Both the position numbers and the translations under genes were made by a program. From Candidatus Krumholzibacteriia bacterium (lineage in GTDB: Bacteria > Krumholzibacteriota > Krumholzibacteriia > WVZY01 > JAKEHA01): a stretch of DNA of 60,142 bases. The stretch is from positions 1-60,142 of the forward strand of contig DASRYI010000344.1 of NCBI GenBank assembly GCA_035687255.1. The letters are read 5' to 3'. Positions 17,968 to 26,855 of the stretch are shown here, piece by piece (within the stretch, counting starts at the first letter, position 1; each line of letters starts with the position of its first letter). The notes beneath the pieces are model-generated. The model was given only the letters and a program-made list of their open reading frames with translations, was not told where the DNA came from and did no database searches.

Positions 17968-19295
17968 AGACGCCCGTTCGTTTCATTCTTGCCGGCCTGG
18001 GTATCGGGCTCGTGTGCATGTTCACGGTCACAGCGGGGCCGGGCGGTGGCGTGGCGAACGCGGACGAGCACGAAGAGAAACACGGGACCGAGGCGGCCGA
18101 AAACGCCGCGGGTACGGATACGGCGCAGGCGGTGGACAATTGTGTCGTATGCCACCGCGAGAACGACAACCTCCCCGACCACTTTATGGCGGCCGACGTA
18201 CACATGCAGTCGGGGATTTCGTGCTCCGGATGCCACGGAGGCGATCCCACCAGCGACGACGAGGACGTCGCCATGTCCAAGGCGAAGGGTTTCCGCGGGG
18301 TGCCGTCCAAGGAGCAGATTCCCGACTTTTGCGGCCGCTGTCACTCGGACATCAACTTCATGCGCAAGTACCGCCCGGGCATCGCCACCGACCAGGAGAC
18401 GCAGTACTGGACGTCGGTTCACGGCCAGAAGCTGCGCGCGCATGACAAGAAGGTGGCGGACTGCACCAGCTGCCACACGGCCCACTCGATATTTCCCGCA
18501 TCGGACACGCGCTCTTCGGTGAATGCGCTCAACGTGCCGTCCACGTGCGGGCGATGCCACGGCGACGCGACCTACATGGCCGGCTACGGCATTCCCACCG
18601 ACCAGCTGGAGAAGTTCAAGAAGAGCGTGCATGGAATCGCGCTGCTGCAGAATCAGGATACGGGCGCGCCCGCCTGCAACGACTGTCACGGTAACCATGG
18701 CGCGATGCCGCCGGGCGTGAATTCCATCGCCCAGATCTGCGGACAGTGCCACGTGAACAACATGAACTACTTCACGGAGTCGCGCATGGGTCACGCGTGG
18801 GTCGAACAGGGATTTCATGCCTGCGAGGAATGCCACGGCAACCACGGGGTGGCGAAGACCTCTGACACCATGATTGGCACGACGGACGGTGCCGTATGCC
18901 TCGACTGCCACGAGCAGGGCGACAAGGGATTCGAGACGGCGGGGAAGATACGCGCCAGCCTGGATTCCCTCTCCACGGCCTACGATGCGGCCGTTGCCAA
19001 ACAGAAGGTTGTCCAGCGTATCGGCATGGATGATGTGGATATCGGCTTCATGCTGCAGGAAGCCAACCAGAGCCTGGTTCAGTCACGCACGCTGGTGCAC
19101 ACGTTCGATGCACCGAAGGTCGCTGCCCGTACCGACGAGGGCATGGTGAAAGCCCAGGAAGCCAGCGTGATGGCCGACCATCAGGTGAAGGAATATCACG
19201 TGCGCCGCCGTGGATTCGGGATGGCCACGCTGTTCACAACCATCCTCGCGATCGCCCTCTTCTTCCGTATCCGCCAGATGGAATCACGGCCGTAG
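17964..19295 (+). CDS. Nonahaem cytochrome c with C-terminal membrane anchor, third gene of the Rieske/b operon
   Basis: ATG 17964 overlaps the cyt b stop (ATGA). Signal [20 protein letters not shown]. Nine CxxCH (CVVCH...CLDCH). C-terminal helix [15 protein letters not shown]. Confidence 0.85.
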   Translation: MKTPVRFILAGLGIGLVCMFTVTAGPGGGVANADEHEEKHGTEAAENAAGTDTAQAVDNCVVCHRENDNLPDHFMAADVHMQSGISCSGCHGGDPTSDDEDVAMSKAKGFRGVPSKEQIPDFCGRCHSDINFMRKYRPGIATDQETQYWTSVHGQKLRAHDKKVADCTSCHTAHSIFPASDTRSSVNALNVPSTCGRCHGDATYMAGYGIPTDQLEKFKKSVHGIALLQNQDTGAPACNDCHGNHGAMPPGVNSIAQICGQCHVNNMNYFTESRMGHAWVEQGFHACEECHGNHGVAKTSDTMIGTTDGAVCLDCHEQGDKGFETAGKIRASLDSLSTAYDAAVAKQKVVQRIGMDDVDIGFMLQEANQSLVQSRTLVHTFDAPKVAARTDEGMVKAQEASVMADHQVKEYHVRRRGFGMATLFTTILAIALFFRIRQMESRP

Positions 19296-19505
19296 CCCTG
19301 CGGCGTTTTACCCGACAACCCGTTGATTAATGAGGCACCCCCGCGGGCGCAACGCGGCATTTTGCATTGCGCCGGGTGGGTGGAATTCGCCCGCGATAGA
19401 ATCCCGGCGCGGGACGGGGAACCGCGGACGAGTTTCGGCGTTCATTACCGTAAAGACCAGGATAGGAGTCACCCGCTCGCGGGAGCGGTCGGAGGTGGAG
19501 GAATC

Positions 19506-20054
19506 ATGAAAACGGGAAGCTGGATTGCAATTGTAGCGTTGTTGGCGTGGATCTGCGTGTCTCCGGCGAGCTCGCAGGCACAGGAGAGTCCGAAGAAGGG
19601 CGAGGTGGAGAAGGTACCGCCGACGCCGACAGCGCCACCTCCACCGTATCCGACTCCGGGAGCGCCGGGAGGGGGAGGTGCGGAGGTTGATTCCACTTAC
19701 CCGGATATTTCGGCTCAGCTCAGTGCCGCTGAGCAGCGGATGTCCACTCTGGCGGCTGAGGCCATGAAGCTTTCGCAGTCGTTCCGTGAGCTTGCGACCT
19801 TGCATGAGGGCGCCGACCGCAGCGAGATCCTGATGATGCAGCGCATGAGCGACGCGATGGGTTCCGTGGCGGGCGAACTCGGGTTGAGTTTCAAGCAGTA
19901 CCAGAAGATGGTGGCGGATGAATCCACCGATCAGAGCGGCACGATGAGAGAACAGGTCCAGGTTCTCAAGACGGTTCTCGACGCAATGGCGGGACAGGTG
20001 GACAGCGGCGTGAAAACGCTGCACTCGCTGCAGGCGCAGCTGGGCCAGGGATAG
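19506..20054 (+). CDS. Secreted hypothetical protein (Pro-rich linker + helical domain)
   Basis: GGAGGTGGAGG RBS. Signal MKTGSWIAIVALLAWICVSPASSQA. PPTPTAPPPPYPTPGAPGGGG linker. No recognisable family. Confidence 0.5.
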   Translation: MKTGSWIAIVALLAWICVSPASSQAQESPKKGEVEKVPPTPTAPPPPYPTPGAPGGGGAEVDSTYPDISAQLSAAEQRMSTLAAEAMKLSQSFRELATLHEGADRSEILMMQRMSDAMGSVAGELGLSFKQYQKMVADESTDQSGTMREQVQVLKTVLDAMAGQVDSGVKTLHSLQAQLGQG

Positions 20055-20060
20055 CCTGCG

Positions 20061-21341
20061 TCAGGTGTTCGTGCTCTGCATTCCGCGGGCGACTTCGGGA
20101 ATGATGCCTTTCTGTTCGTAGATCGGTCGCACCAGGCGGCGGATGACCGGCAGCCGGCGGATGAAGAACAGGGTGGCGAGTATGCAGGCACAGCCGCCGC
20201 CCAGGACGGTGTAGGGAGCACCGACGCGTGCGGCCACTGCGCCCGCGAGCAGACTTCCAAGCGGCGCCACGCCCAGTATCGCTGCCGCGTAGAAACTCAT
20301 GATGCGGCCGCGTTTGTCGTCGTGGACGATGGTCTGCAGGATGGTGTTGGCGGACGCGTTCTGCGCCATCATCCCGAATCCCACCACGAACAGCGCCGCC
20401 AGCGCCGGCACCAGCGAGCGGCAGAACGCAAACGCCATCAGCGCGGCGCCGAAAAGCAGGCCCGAGATGGCAATCACCCTTCCCAGGCCGCGAACGCTCC
20501 GGCGGGACGCGAGATACACCGCGCCGGCCAGCGCCCCCAGTCCCGACGCGCTGGCGAGGAACCCGTAGGTGTGCGCGCCGCCGTGCAGTACCTCGCGCGC
20601 GATCACCGGCAACAACACGGCGTACGGCAATCCCAACAGGCTGGCGGTGGCGACCAGCACCAGCAGGCCGCGGATCGGTTCGAAGCCCATTGCGTAGCTG
20701 AATCCCTCTCGAATTCCGCTCCACAGCGGCGCGTGCTGCGTGCGCCGCGGCAGCGGTGAAATGTGCATGGCCAGCAGGCTCACAATCACGGCGATATAGC
20801 TCACGCCATCGATGGCAAAGCACACGCCCTCACTCGCTGCGGCAATCAGTAGCCCCGCGACCATCGGTCCCACCAGGCGCGCGGAATTGAACATCATGGA
20901 GTTGATGGCGATGGCGTTGGGGAGATCGGCCGGCCCTTCCACCATCTGCACCGCGAAGGCCTGGCGCGCGGGCGTGTCGAAGGCGTTCACAATTCCCTGC
21001 AGCGTGTTCAGCACGATCAACTGTGGAACCGTGATCACTTTGGTCAGGGTGAGCGCCGCCAGCACGAACGACTGGACCATGGAGAGCACCTGCGTCACCA
21101 CCAGCACCCGGCGCAGGTTCCAGCGGTCGGCCAGCACGCCCCCCAGCGGAGAGAAGATCAGATTGGGCACCTGTCCCGCAAAATTCACGACACCCAGCAG
21201 CAGCGCTGACCCGGTCAGGCGGTACACCAGCCAGCTGGTGGCGACCCGGGTGATCCACGTGCCGATGAGCGATAACCCCTGTCCATAAAAGAACAAACGG
21301 TAGTTGCGGTGGGAGAGGGCACGCAGGAGCGGTAGGGCCAT
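20061..21341 (-). CDS. MFS transporter (EntS/MFS_3-like)
   Basis: Start at MALPLLRALSHRNYRLFFYGQGLSLIGTWI (ATG 21341). About 12 hydrophobic helices. The 102-codon upstream extension of the listed ORF is non-membrane and overlaps the divergent STAS gene. Confidence 0.8.
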   Translation of the reverse strand: MALPLLRALSHRNYRLFFYGQGLSLIGTWITRVATSWLVYRLTGSALLLGVVNFAGQVPNLIFSPLGGVLADRWNLRRVLVVTQVLSMVQSFVLAALTLTKVITVPQLIVLNTLQGIVNAFDTPARQAFAVQMVEGPADLPNAIAINSMMFNSARLVGPMVAGLLIAAASEGVCFAIDGVSYIAVIVSLLAMHISPLPRRTQHAPLWSGIREGFSYAMGFEPIRGLLVLVATASLLGLPYAVLLPVIAREVLHGGAHTYGFLASASGLGALAGAVYLASRRSVRGLGRVIAISGLLFGAALMAFAFCRSLVPALAALFVVGFGMMAQNASANTILQTIVHDDKRGRIMSFYAAAILGVAPLGSLLAGAVAARVGAPYTVLGGGCACILATLFFIRRLPVIRRLVRPIYEQKGIIPEVARGMQSTNT

Positions 21342-21450
21342 GGGCCCCAGTATCGAAAAGGTTCCAGCGTTTGCGCAAGCACGACCGCGTGCAACTTTTC
21401 GGGTGGTTTGTCCGTCTACTTTCCCAACGGCAGGCGAAAGGACGGGAGTC

Positions 21451-21840
21451 ATGATCACGGTAGACAGAAGCACGATCGGCGATGTGCACGTGCTCACACC
21501 CAGAAAGAACCTGGTGGGCGGCGACGAAACCCGGGTGCTCTCCGCAGCAGTCCAGGAACTCACCGGAAACTCGTCGGTGAAGGTGGTGCTGGACCTGGGC
21601 AGAATCAACTGGGTCAGCAGTCTCGGCATTGAGGAGCTGCGGCGCATTCATCGCATCTGTGCCAATCATCAGGGCTGGATGCGGCTGGCGTGTGTGGGTG
21701 AGCGCATCGAGAACATCATTCTGACGATGAGACTGGACTGGGTGTTCGATACGTTCGACACGGTGGAAGAGGCGGCGCTGGCGCCGGCGCGTGGTATGGA
21801 AGATGCGCCCCACGCCTGGAGGTTCGGGTCGGCTGTGTAG
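21451..21840 (+). CDS. STAS-domain protein (anti-sigma-factor antagonist-like)
   Basis: MITVDRSTIGDVHVLTPRKNLVGGDE...VVLDLGRINWVSSLGIEELRRI...ENIILTMRLDWVFDTFDTVEEA fits the SpoIIAA/STAS pattern. AAAGGACGGGAG precedes the ATG. Confidence 0.7.
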   Translation: MITVDRSTIGDVHVLTPRKNLVGGDETRVLSAAVQELTGNSSVKVVLDLGRINWVSSLGIEELRRIHRICANHQGWMRLACVGERIENIILTMRLDWVFDTFDTVEEAALAPARGMEDAPHAWRFGSAV

Positions 21841-22006
21841 CGCCACGTTCCGCAGCGCCCTTCCTCAGGCCGGATAGAGGATCACCCTTTCCGACACTGC
21901 GCGCACGGCCGGCCGCGTGCGCCGCGATCCGCAAGACAACTTCCTGTTGCATCCCGCCTGGATTGATAGCATCTTCATACCGTACCTCCCCTTGAGGACA
22001 GGATAG

Positions 22007-22522
22007 ATGCCGTTACCATTCTCCGGTCCCGTGCGATATTTCGCGTGGGGCTTTGTTGTATCCCTCGCCGTCGCAGTTTCCGTCGCGGCGAAATCTGAAG
22101 ATCCTTCCCAGACTCTCGACCCGATTGCGGCCGTCGCGGACACGTCGCTGGCACTCTCCGGCAAGGTGGTCTATGTGGACTTCTGGGCGTCGTGGTGCGG
22201 GCCCTGCCGCCAGTCGCTGCCGTGGCTCAACGGGCTGCTCCAGCGCTACGGCGACCGGGGATTCCGCCTGGTCACCGTGGATGTGGACCGCAAACCCGCC
22301 GCCGGACGGAAATTCCTCAAGGACCTCGGTGTATCATTTCCCGTCGTGTTCGATTCCACGGGCACGTTCGCGAAGAAGTATCAACTCCAGGCCATGCCCA
22401 CCTCCTTCATCTACGGGCGTGACGGTAAGCTGCGTGAACGCCGGGAGGGCTTCCACGAAGGCGAGGCGTACGGCGTGGAAGACCAGATCGAAGACCTTCT
22501 GCAGCAGAAGGGAGTGAAATGA
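22007..22522 (+). CDS. TlpA-family periplasmic thiol-disulfide oxidoreductase
   Basis: Signal anchor. Motifs VVYVDFWASWCGPCRQSLPWL (WCGPC) and YQLQAMPTSFIYGRDGKL. Confidence 0.85.
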   Translation: MPLPFSGPVRYFAWGFVVSLAVAVSVAAKSEDPSQTLDPIAAVADTSLALSGKVVYVDFWASWCGPCRQSLPWLNGLLQRYGDRGFRLVTVDVDRKPAAGRKFLKDLGVSFPVVFDSTGTFAKKYQLQAMPTSFIYGRDGKLRERREGFHEGEAYGVEDQIEDLLQQKGVK

Positions 22523-22752
22523 AACTGTTCGTACGGATCTGTCTGCTGGTCATGACGGCGCTGGCCGCGCTATGGTCGGCGGGATGCGCATCGGTGGGCG
22601 TCGACGTGTGGGAACGCGACGTGCTGGCGCGTGCCGAGATGCAGCCGGATCACCGCGCCATCGATCGCGCGCTGGATGACCACATCTACTTCAGCAAGGA
22701 AGCCTCGAGCGGCGGCCGCGGCTTCGGTGGTGGTGGCTGCGGGTGCAACTGA
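22519..22752 (+). CDS. DUF4266-family small lipoprotein
   Basis: ATGA overlap with tlpA-like gene. Lipobox LWSAGC. Motifs VWERDVLA...M and the C-terminal GGGCGCN tail are characteristic of DUF4266. Confidence 0.75.
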   Translation: MKLFVRICLLVMTALAALWSAGCASVGVDVWERDVLARAEMQPDHRAIDRALDDHIYFSKEASSGGRGFGGGGCGCN

Positions 22753-24050
22753 ACCGCCCGGAGCACGTTCGCACGGCGCTGACCGCATTTACGGCCGCAC
22801 TGCTCGGAACCCATACCGCCATGGCCGGCGACGCCGGCAAGGTGGATTCCTCGCTGCTCATCTATTCGGAGACCAACCGCGTCAAACTGGCGGAGGGCGT
22901 GGTTGACCTCAACAAGCAGATGGATGAGCAGAAGTCCTACGCACTCCACCTGGTGTTCGATGCACTCACCGGCGCCTCGCCCAACGGCGCCACGCCGTCG
23001 AGCCACGTTCAGACCTTCACCGGCGCATCCGGCCACGCCGGCTACTCCACGCCGGCGGGCGAGATCCCACTCGACAGCTCCTTCTCGGACCGGCGCTTTG
23101 CCGTCGACGGATCGATTTCCGACCAGATCAGCCGGCTGACGATGGGAAGCGTGGGCGGACACCTCTCGTGGGAGCGCGACTACGCGTCGCTGGGAATCAA
23201 CGGATCCATCAGCCGCGACTTCAACCGCAAGAACACGACCATCGGCATGTCGGCCGCTTACAACCACGACACCGTGTCGCCGATTGGCGGCGCACCCACG
23301 CCGCTGGCGTCGATGCCCGCCGCGTCGGTTTCGGTGGGTGAGGGAGAGGGCGAAGGCGAGGGTGGAGGTGGTGGGGGTGGCGGGCCCGGCAAAGGAAAGG
23401 ATATCGGCGATGTGGTGGTGAGCCTGAGCCAGGTGCTTACCCGCTACACGCTGGTGCAGATGAACTACTCCGTCGACCGCGAGTCCGGCTACCTGAACGA
23501 CCCGTACAAGCTGCTGAGTGTCGTGCAGGACGAGGGCTCCGCGGCGCCCGGAGAACCGGTCGATTATCTGTATGAATCACGCCCCGGTTCGCGCACCAAG
23601 CAGGCGTTGTACGCGGAGCTGCGCCAGTACATCGCCGGCACCGCAACCGACGTCTCCTACCGGTACTTCTGGGATGACTGGGGAATTCGCTCGCACGCCG
23701 TGGATCTGATCGAGCACATTCCGCTTCCGCGCGGGAATTCGCTCGAACCGCACGTGCGCTGGTACAGCCAGACACAGGCGGACTTCTTCCGCACCTATCT
23801 GGTCGAGGGCCACCAGATTCCGCAGTACGCATCGGCGGACGCGCGCCTGACGGCGTTCGATGCGTGGACCTACGGGTTGCGTTACTCGCTGCCGGTGGGC
23901 GAGGGCAACGAACTTGGCTTCAGTGCGGAATACTACGAACAGACCGGCACGCGGGCGCCGCCCAACCCTCCCGGAATCCTGAAGCAGTATGACCTCTTTC
24001 CCGCGTTGACCGTGTTCATGCTGCGAATCGGATTCACGCATGCCCTCTAG
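22743..24050 (+). CDS. DUF3570-family protein (predicted beta-rich envelope protein)
   Basis: GTG start overlaps the DUF4266 stop. Signal-like ALTAFTAALLGTHTAMA. Motifs SSLLIYSETNRV, HLVFDALTGASPNGA and RYFWDDWGIRSH fit the family pattern. It is in the canonical DUF4266/DUF3570/ApbE/thioredoxin neighbourhood. Confidence 0.7.
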   Translation: MQLNRPEHVRTALTAFTAALLGTHTAMAGDAGKVDSSLLIYSETNRVKLAEGVVDLNKQMDEQKSYALHLVFDALTGASPNGATPSSHVQTFTGASGHAGYSTPAGEIPLDSSFSDRRFAVDGSISDQISRLTMGSVGGHLSWERDYASLGINGSISRDFNRKNTTIGMSAAYNHDTVSPIGGAPTPLASMPAASVSVGEGEGEGEGGGGGGGGPGKGKDIGDVVVSLSQVLTRYTLVQMNYSVDRESGYLNDPYKLLSVVQDEGSAAPGEPVDYLYESRPGSRTKQALYAELRQYIAGTATDVSYRYFWDDWGIRSHAVDLIEHIPLPRGNSLEPHVRWYSQTQADFFRTYLVEGHQIPQYASADARLTAFDAWTYGLRYSLPVGEGNELGFSAEYYEQTGTRAPPNPPGILKQYDLFPALTVFMLRIGFTHAL

Positions 24051-24936
24051 TTCCACCGCGCCGTTCACCATCGGGACGCGGGGCGGGCACGTCGTCGCGA
24101 CCTATTCGGCGATGGCGAGTCCGTGCGAAATTCTGATTCGAACCGCGGACGCGGGCGAAGCCCGCAGGCTGGCTTCGCTCGCGCACCGCGAAACTCTCCG
24201 CATCGAGCACAAATTCAGCCGCTACCGCGACGATGGCGTGGTGCACACCATCAATCACAGCAACGGCGGGCCCGTCGCCGTCGACGACGAGACCTCGCGC
24301 CTGCTGCGCTACGCCGGACAATGTTTTGAACTGAGCGAGGGACGCTTCGATATCACGTCAGGGGTGTTGCGGCGCGCGTGGACCTTCGACGGCCGCGAGA
24401 CCACACCTGACCGTGCGTTGATCGAGTCGCTGCGCGCCAACGTGGGCTGGGACCGTGTCGAGTTTGACGGCGCGAGTATCCGGCTGCCGCGCGGCATGGA
24501 GATCGACCTCGGGGGAATCGGCAAGGAATACGCGGCCGACCGCGTCGCCGACTTGCTCACCGCCGAAGCTGGTCACGGTGTCATGGTGAACCTGGGCGGC
24601 GACATTCGCGTCACTGCGGATGGGGAACACCGCTGGACCATCGGCATCGAGGACCCCGCGCGCGACCGCTCGGCACTGGGCCAGCTGGATCTGGCCGCCG
24701 GCGGTGTGGCGAGCAGCGGTGACGCGCGCCGCTTCTGCATCGTGAACGGGGTCCGCCTGGGACACATCCTCGACCCACGCACGGGCTGGCCGGTGGCGGA
24801 CGCGCCGCGCAGCGTCACGGTTGTGGCCGACACCTGCACGGCCGCCGGATTCCTCTCCACGCTGGCCATGCTGCATGGAACAGACGCCGAAGCGTTTCTC
24901 GCTGCTCAGGACGTCGTCCACCACTGCGTGCGCTGA
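24040..24936 (+). CDS. apbE: FAD:protein FMN transferase (flavinyl transferase)
   Basis: Motifs AMASPCEILI, FSRYRDDGVVHTIN, RFDITSGVL, EIDLGGIGKEYAADRV, VNLGGDIRV, GVASSGDARRF, HILDPRTGWP. No obvious signal peptide or lipobox. Confidence 0.85.
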   Translation: MPSSSTAPFTIGTRGGHVVATYSAMASPCEILIRTADAGEARRLASLAHRETLRIEHKFSRYRDDGVVHTINHSNGGPVAVDDETSRLLRYAGQCFELSEGRFDITSGVLRRAWTFDGRETTPDRALIESLRANVGWDRVEFDGASIRLPRGMEIDLGGIGKEYAADRVADLLTAEAGHGVMVNLGGDIRVTADGEHRWTIGIEDPARDRSALGQLDLAAGGVASSGDARRFCIVNGVRLGHILDPRTGWPVADAPRSVTVVADTCTAAGFLSTLAMLHGTDAEAFLAAQDVVHHCVR

Positions 24937-24970
24937 GCCATTCAAGCGGCGTCAACACGCAACCCGGTAC

Positions 24971-25870
24971 CTACACGCCGGGACTCCCGCCCGCCGGCTC
25001 GTCGATCAGTTCCTTTTCCGTCACCAGGTCGTGTGACAGGTCCTCATCGGGCGTGATGTTCTTCATGCGCACCGAGAGCGAAACGATTGCCACCGCCAGG
25101 CCGAACAGACACACGATGGTGGCGCCCATGGGCCAGTCCTTGAGGTAGGAAAACACCCCACCCAGAACCGACACCACCAGCGCGATGGCCCACGCCCAGA
25201 ACAATCGCGAGCGTCCCTTGAAGCCCAGCAGCGTTGCGCACACCAGCGGAACAATCAGAAACGAGAACACCGCCAGCACGCCTGATACCTTGACCGAGCT
25301 GGTCACCACGAGTCCGAACGACGCGTAGAACAGAAAGTCCCAGAGTTTCACGGACAGCCCCATCTGCCGGGCCTTCTTGGGATGTTCGGAACAGAGCATG
25401 AGCTTCTCACGTTGCAGGAACAGGAAGATGCCCACCGGGATGAACAGCGCGATCATGACGACGAGATCCTTCCACGTCACCCAGCCCAGTGCTTCACCGC
25501 TGAGTGCGCCGCGCACGTGCTCGGCTCCGTGCGGTGCGTTCGACAGGAGCAGCAGTGTCGCCGCGGTTGCCAGTGCGAAGGAGATACCGATGAACGCCTC
25601 CTGCAGCACCGAATGATCGCGATCCCAGAGAAAGCTGAAGAGTGCGGCTCCTGCCAGCGTGAATCCGAACGACCAGTAGTACACGCTGGGGTCGTGCGGC
25701 TCCGCGCCCAGCAGGAAGGCGACACTCTGGCCGAGCGCGGCGATCTGGGCGAGTGCGAGGTCCACGAAGATCACCCCGCGGGCCAGCACGTGCTGGCCCA
25801 GCGTGGGGAGCATGAGCAGTAAGAGCGTGCATGCCAGAATCGGCATGGCCATAACGGTTACAAAGTTCAT
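24971..25870 (-). CDS. ABC-3 family metal (Zn/Mn/Fe) transporter permease
   Basis: About 8 helices. Motifs GVIFVDLALAQIAALG and SVKVSGVLAVFSFLIVP are typical of ZnuB/TroC-type permeases. Confidence 0.85.
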   Translation of the reverse strand: MNFVTVMAMPILACTLLLLMLPTLGQHVLARGVIFVDLALAQIAALGQSVAFLLGAEPHDPSVYYWSFGFTLAGAALFSFLWDRDHSVLQEAFIGISFALATAATLLLLSNAPHGAEHVRGALSGEALGWVTWKDLVVMIALFIPVGIFLFLQREKLMLCSEHPKKARQMGLSVKLWDFLFYASFGLVVTSSVKVSGVLAVFSFLIVPLVCATLLGFKGRSRLFWAWAIALVVSVLGGVFSYLKDWPMGATIVCLFGLAVAIVSLSVRMKNITPDEDLSHDLVTEKELIDEPAGGSPGV

Positions 25871-25881
25871 TGCGGTCTACC

Positions 25882-26793
25882 TCACTTCGAAAGCGCTTGA
25901 GCCAGCGACGAGATCATGAAGTCGAATTTGGAAAAGACGTCTTTGGCCTCGGGAACTCCGCCCACTTCCGTCGGCAGTTCCAGAGCCGTTGCGCCCGCCT
26001 TGCTCGCCACTTTGTTGCTGGCGTCGGCGTCGTAGTACGGCTGGTACACCACCACTTTGCAGTTGGCCTGCTTCATGGCGTCGGCCAGCTCCGCGATGTG
26101 CCGGGGACTGGGCGGGATTCCTGGCTTGGGCTCGACATGTTCAAACTCTTTGAAGCCGAAGCGCGTGAGAAAATAGATGAAGTTCTTGTGATAGGTAACG
26201 ATGGGCGCGCCCTTGAACGGTTCCATCTGCTTCAGCCACCCGGCGAGCGAGGTTTCCATGCGCTCGTCGAAGGCTTTGGCGTTGGCGGCGTAGTCGGCCG
26301 CGTTCGCCGGGTCCAGCTTCGAGAACACATCGGCCAGGTGATCGGCCACCACTTCCAGGTTCTTGGGGTCGCAGTAGTAGTGCGGATTGCCCAGCGGATG
26401 GATGTCGCCCTCCGCGCGGCTCACGGTGCCGGTGGGCTTTTCCAGCACGGGAACGCCCTCGGAGGCGTCGACGAACCCCGGCTGTCCCGGCTGGATCTTC
26501 GGGTTGCGGCTTCCCGGCAACACCAGCGGCAACCAGCCGCTGTCGAGTTCCAGTCCCACCGAAATGAATACATCGGCCTGCTGGATGACTTTCATCAGAC
26601 TGGGTTTTGCGGGCACGAAGTGCGGGTCCTCGTAGCCCTTGCACAGACTCTCGGCCTTGACGTGTTTCCCGCCCACGAACTGGGCGACCGACGCCAGATC
26701 CGAAAGGGATGTGGCGACCTTCAGATCGGCGAAGGCGGGCGTGGCCATCAGCCCGACCATCAGGACAGCGATACAACGAATCAACGATCGCAT
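25882..26793 (-). CDS. Metal ABC transporter substrate-binding protein (ZnuA/TroA family)
   Basis: GGAGG RBS before ATG 26793. Signal MRSLIRCIAVLMVGLMATPAFA. Motifs EDPHFVPAKPS, GDIHPLGNPHYYCDP, VTYHKNFIYF, PKPGIPPSPRHIAEL. The listed 447-aa ORF is an upstream over-extension. Confidence 0.85.
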   Translation of the reverse strand: MRSLIRCIAVLMVGLMATPAFADLKVATSLSDLASVAQFVGGKHVKAESLCKGYEDPHFVPAKPSLMKVIQQADVFISVGLELDSGWLPLVLPGSRNPKIQPGQPGFVDASEGVPVLEKPTGTVSRAEGDIHPLGNPHYYCDPKNLEVVADHLADVFSKLDPANAADYAANAKAFDERMETSLAGWLKQMEPFKGAPIVTYHKNFIYFLTRFGFKEFEHVEPKPGIPPSPRHIAELADAMKQANCKVVVYQPYYDADASNKVASKAGATALELPTEVGGVPEAKDVFSKFDFMISSLAQALSK

Positions 26794-26855
26794 GGGATCC
26801 TCCATGAAGTGATGCCTGGTGTGTTTTGTTTTCATTTTCGTCACCGGTGTGCGCA

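Noticed and set aside
23336-23400. Repetitive GAGGGCGAAGGCGAGGG tract as a possible CRISPR or minisatellite
   Set aside because: It is short, in frame inside a CDS, and has no spacer-repeat organisation. No CRISPR array or cas gene was seen anywhere in the window.
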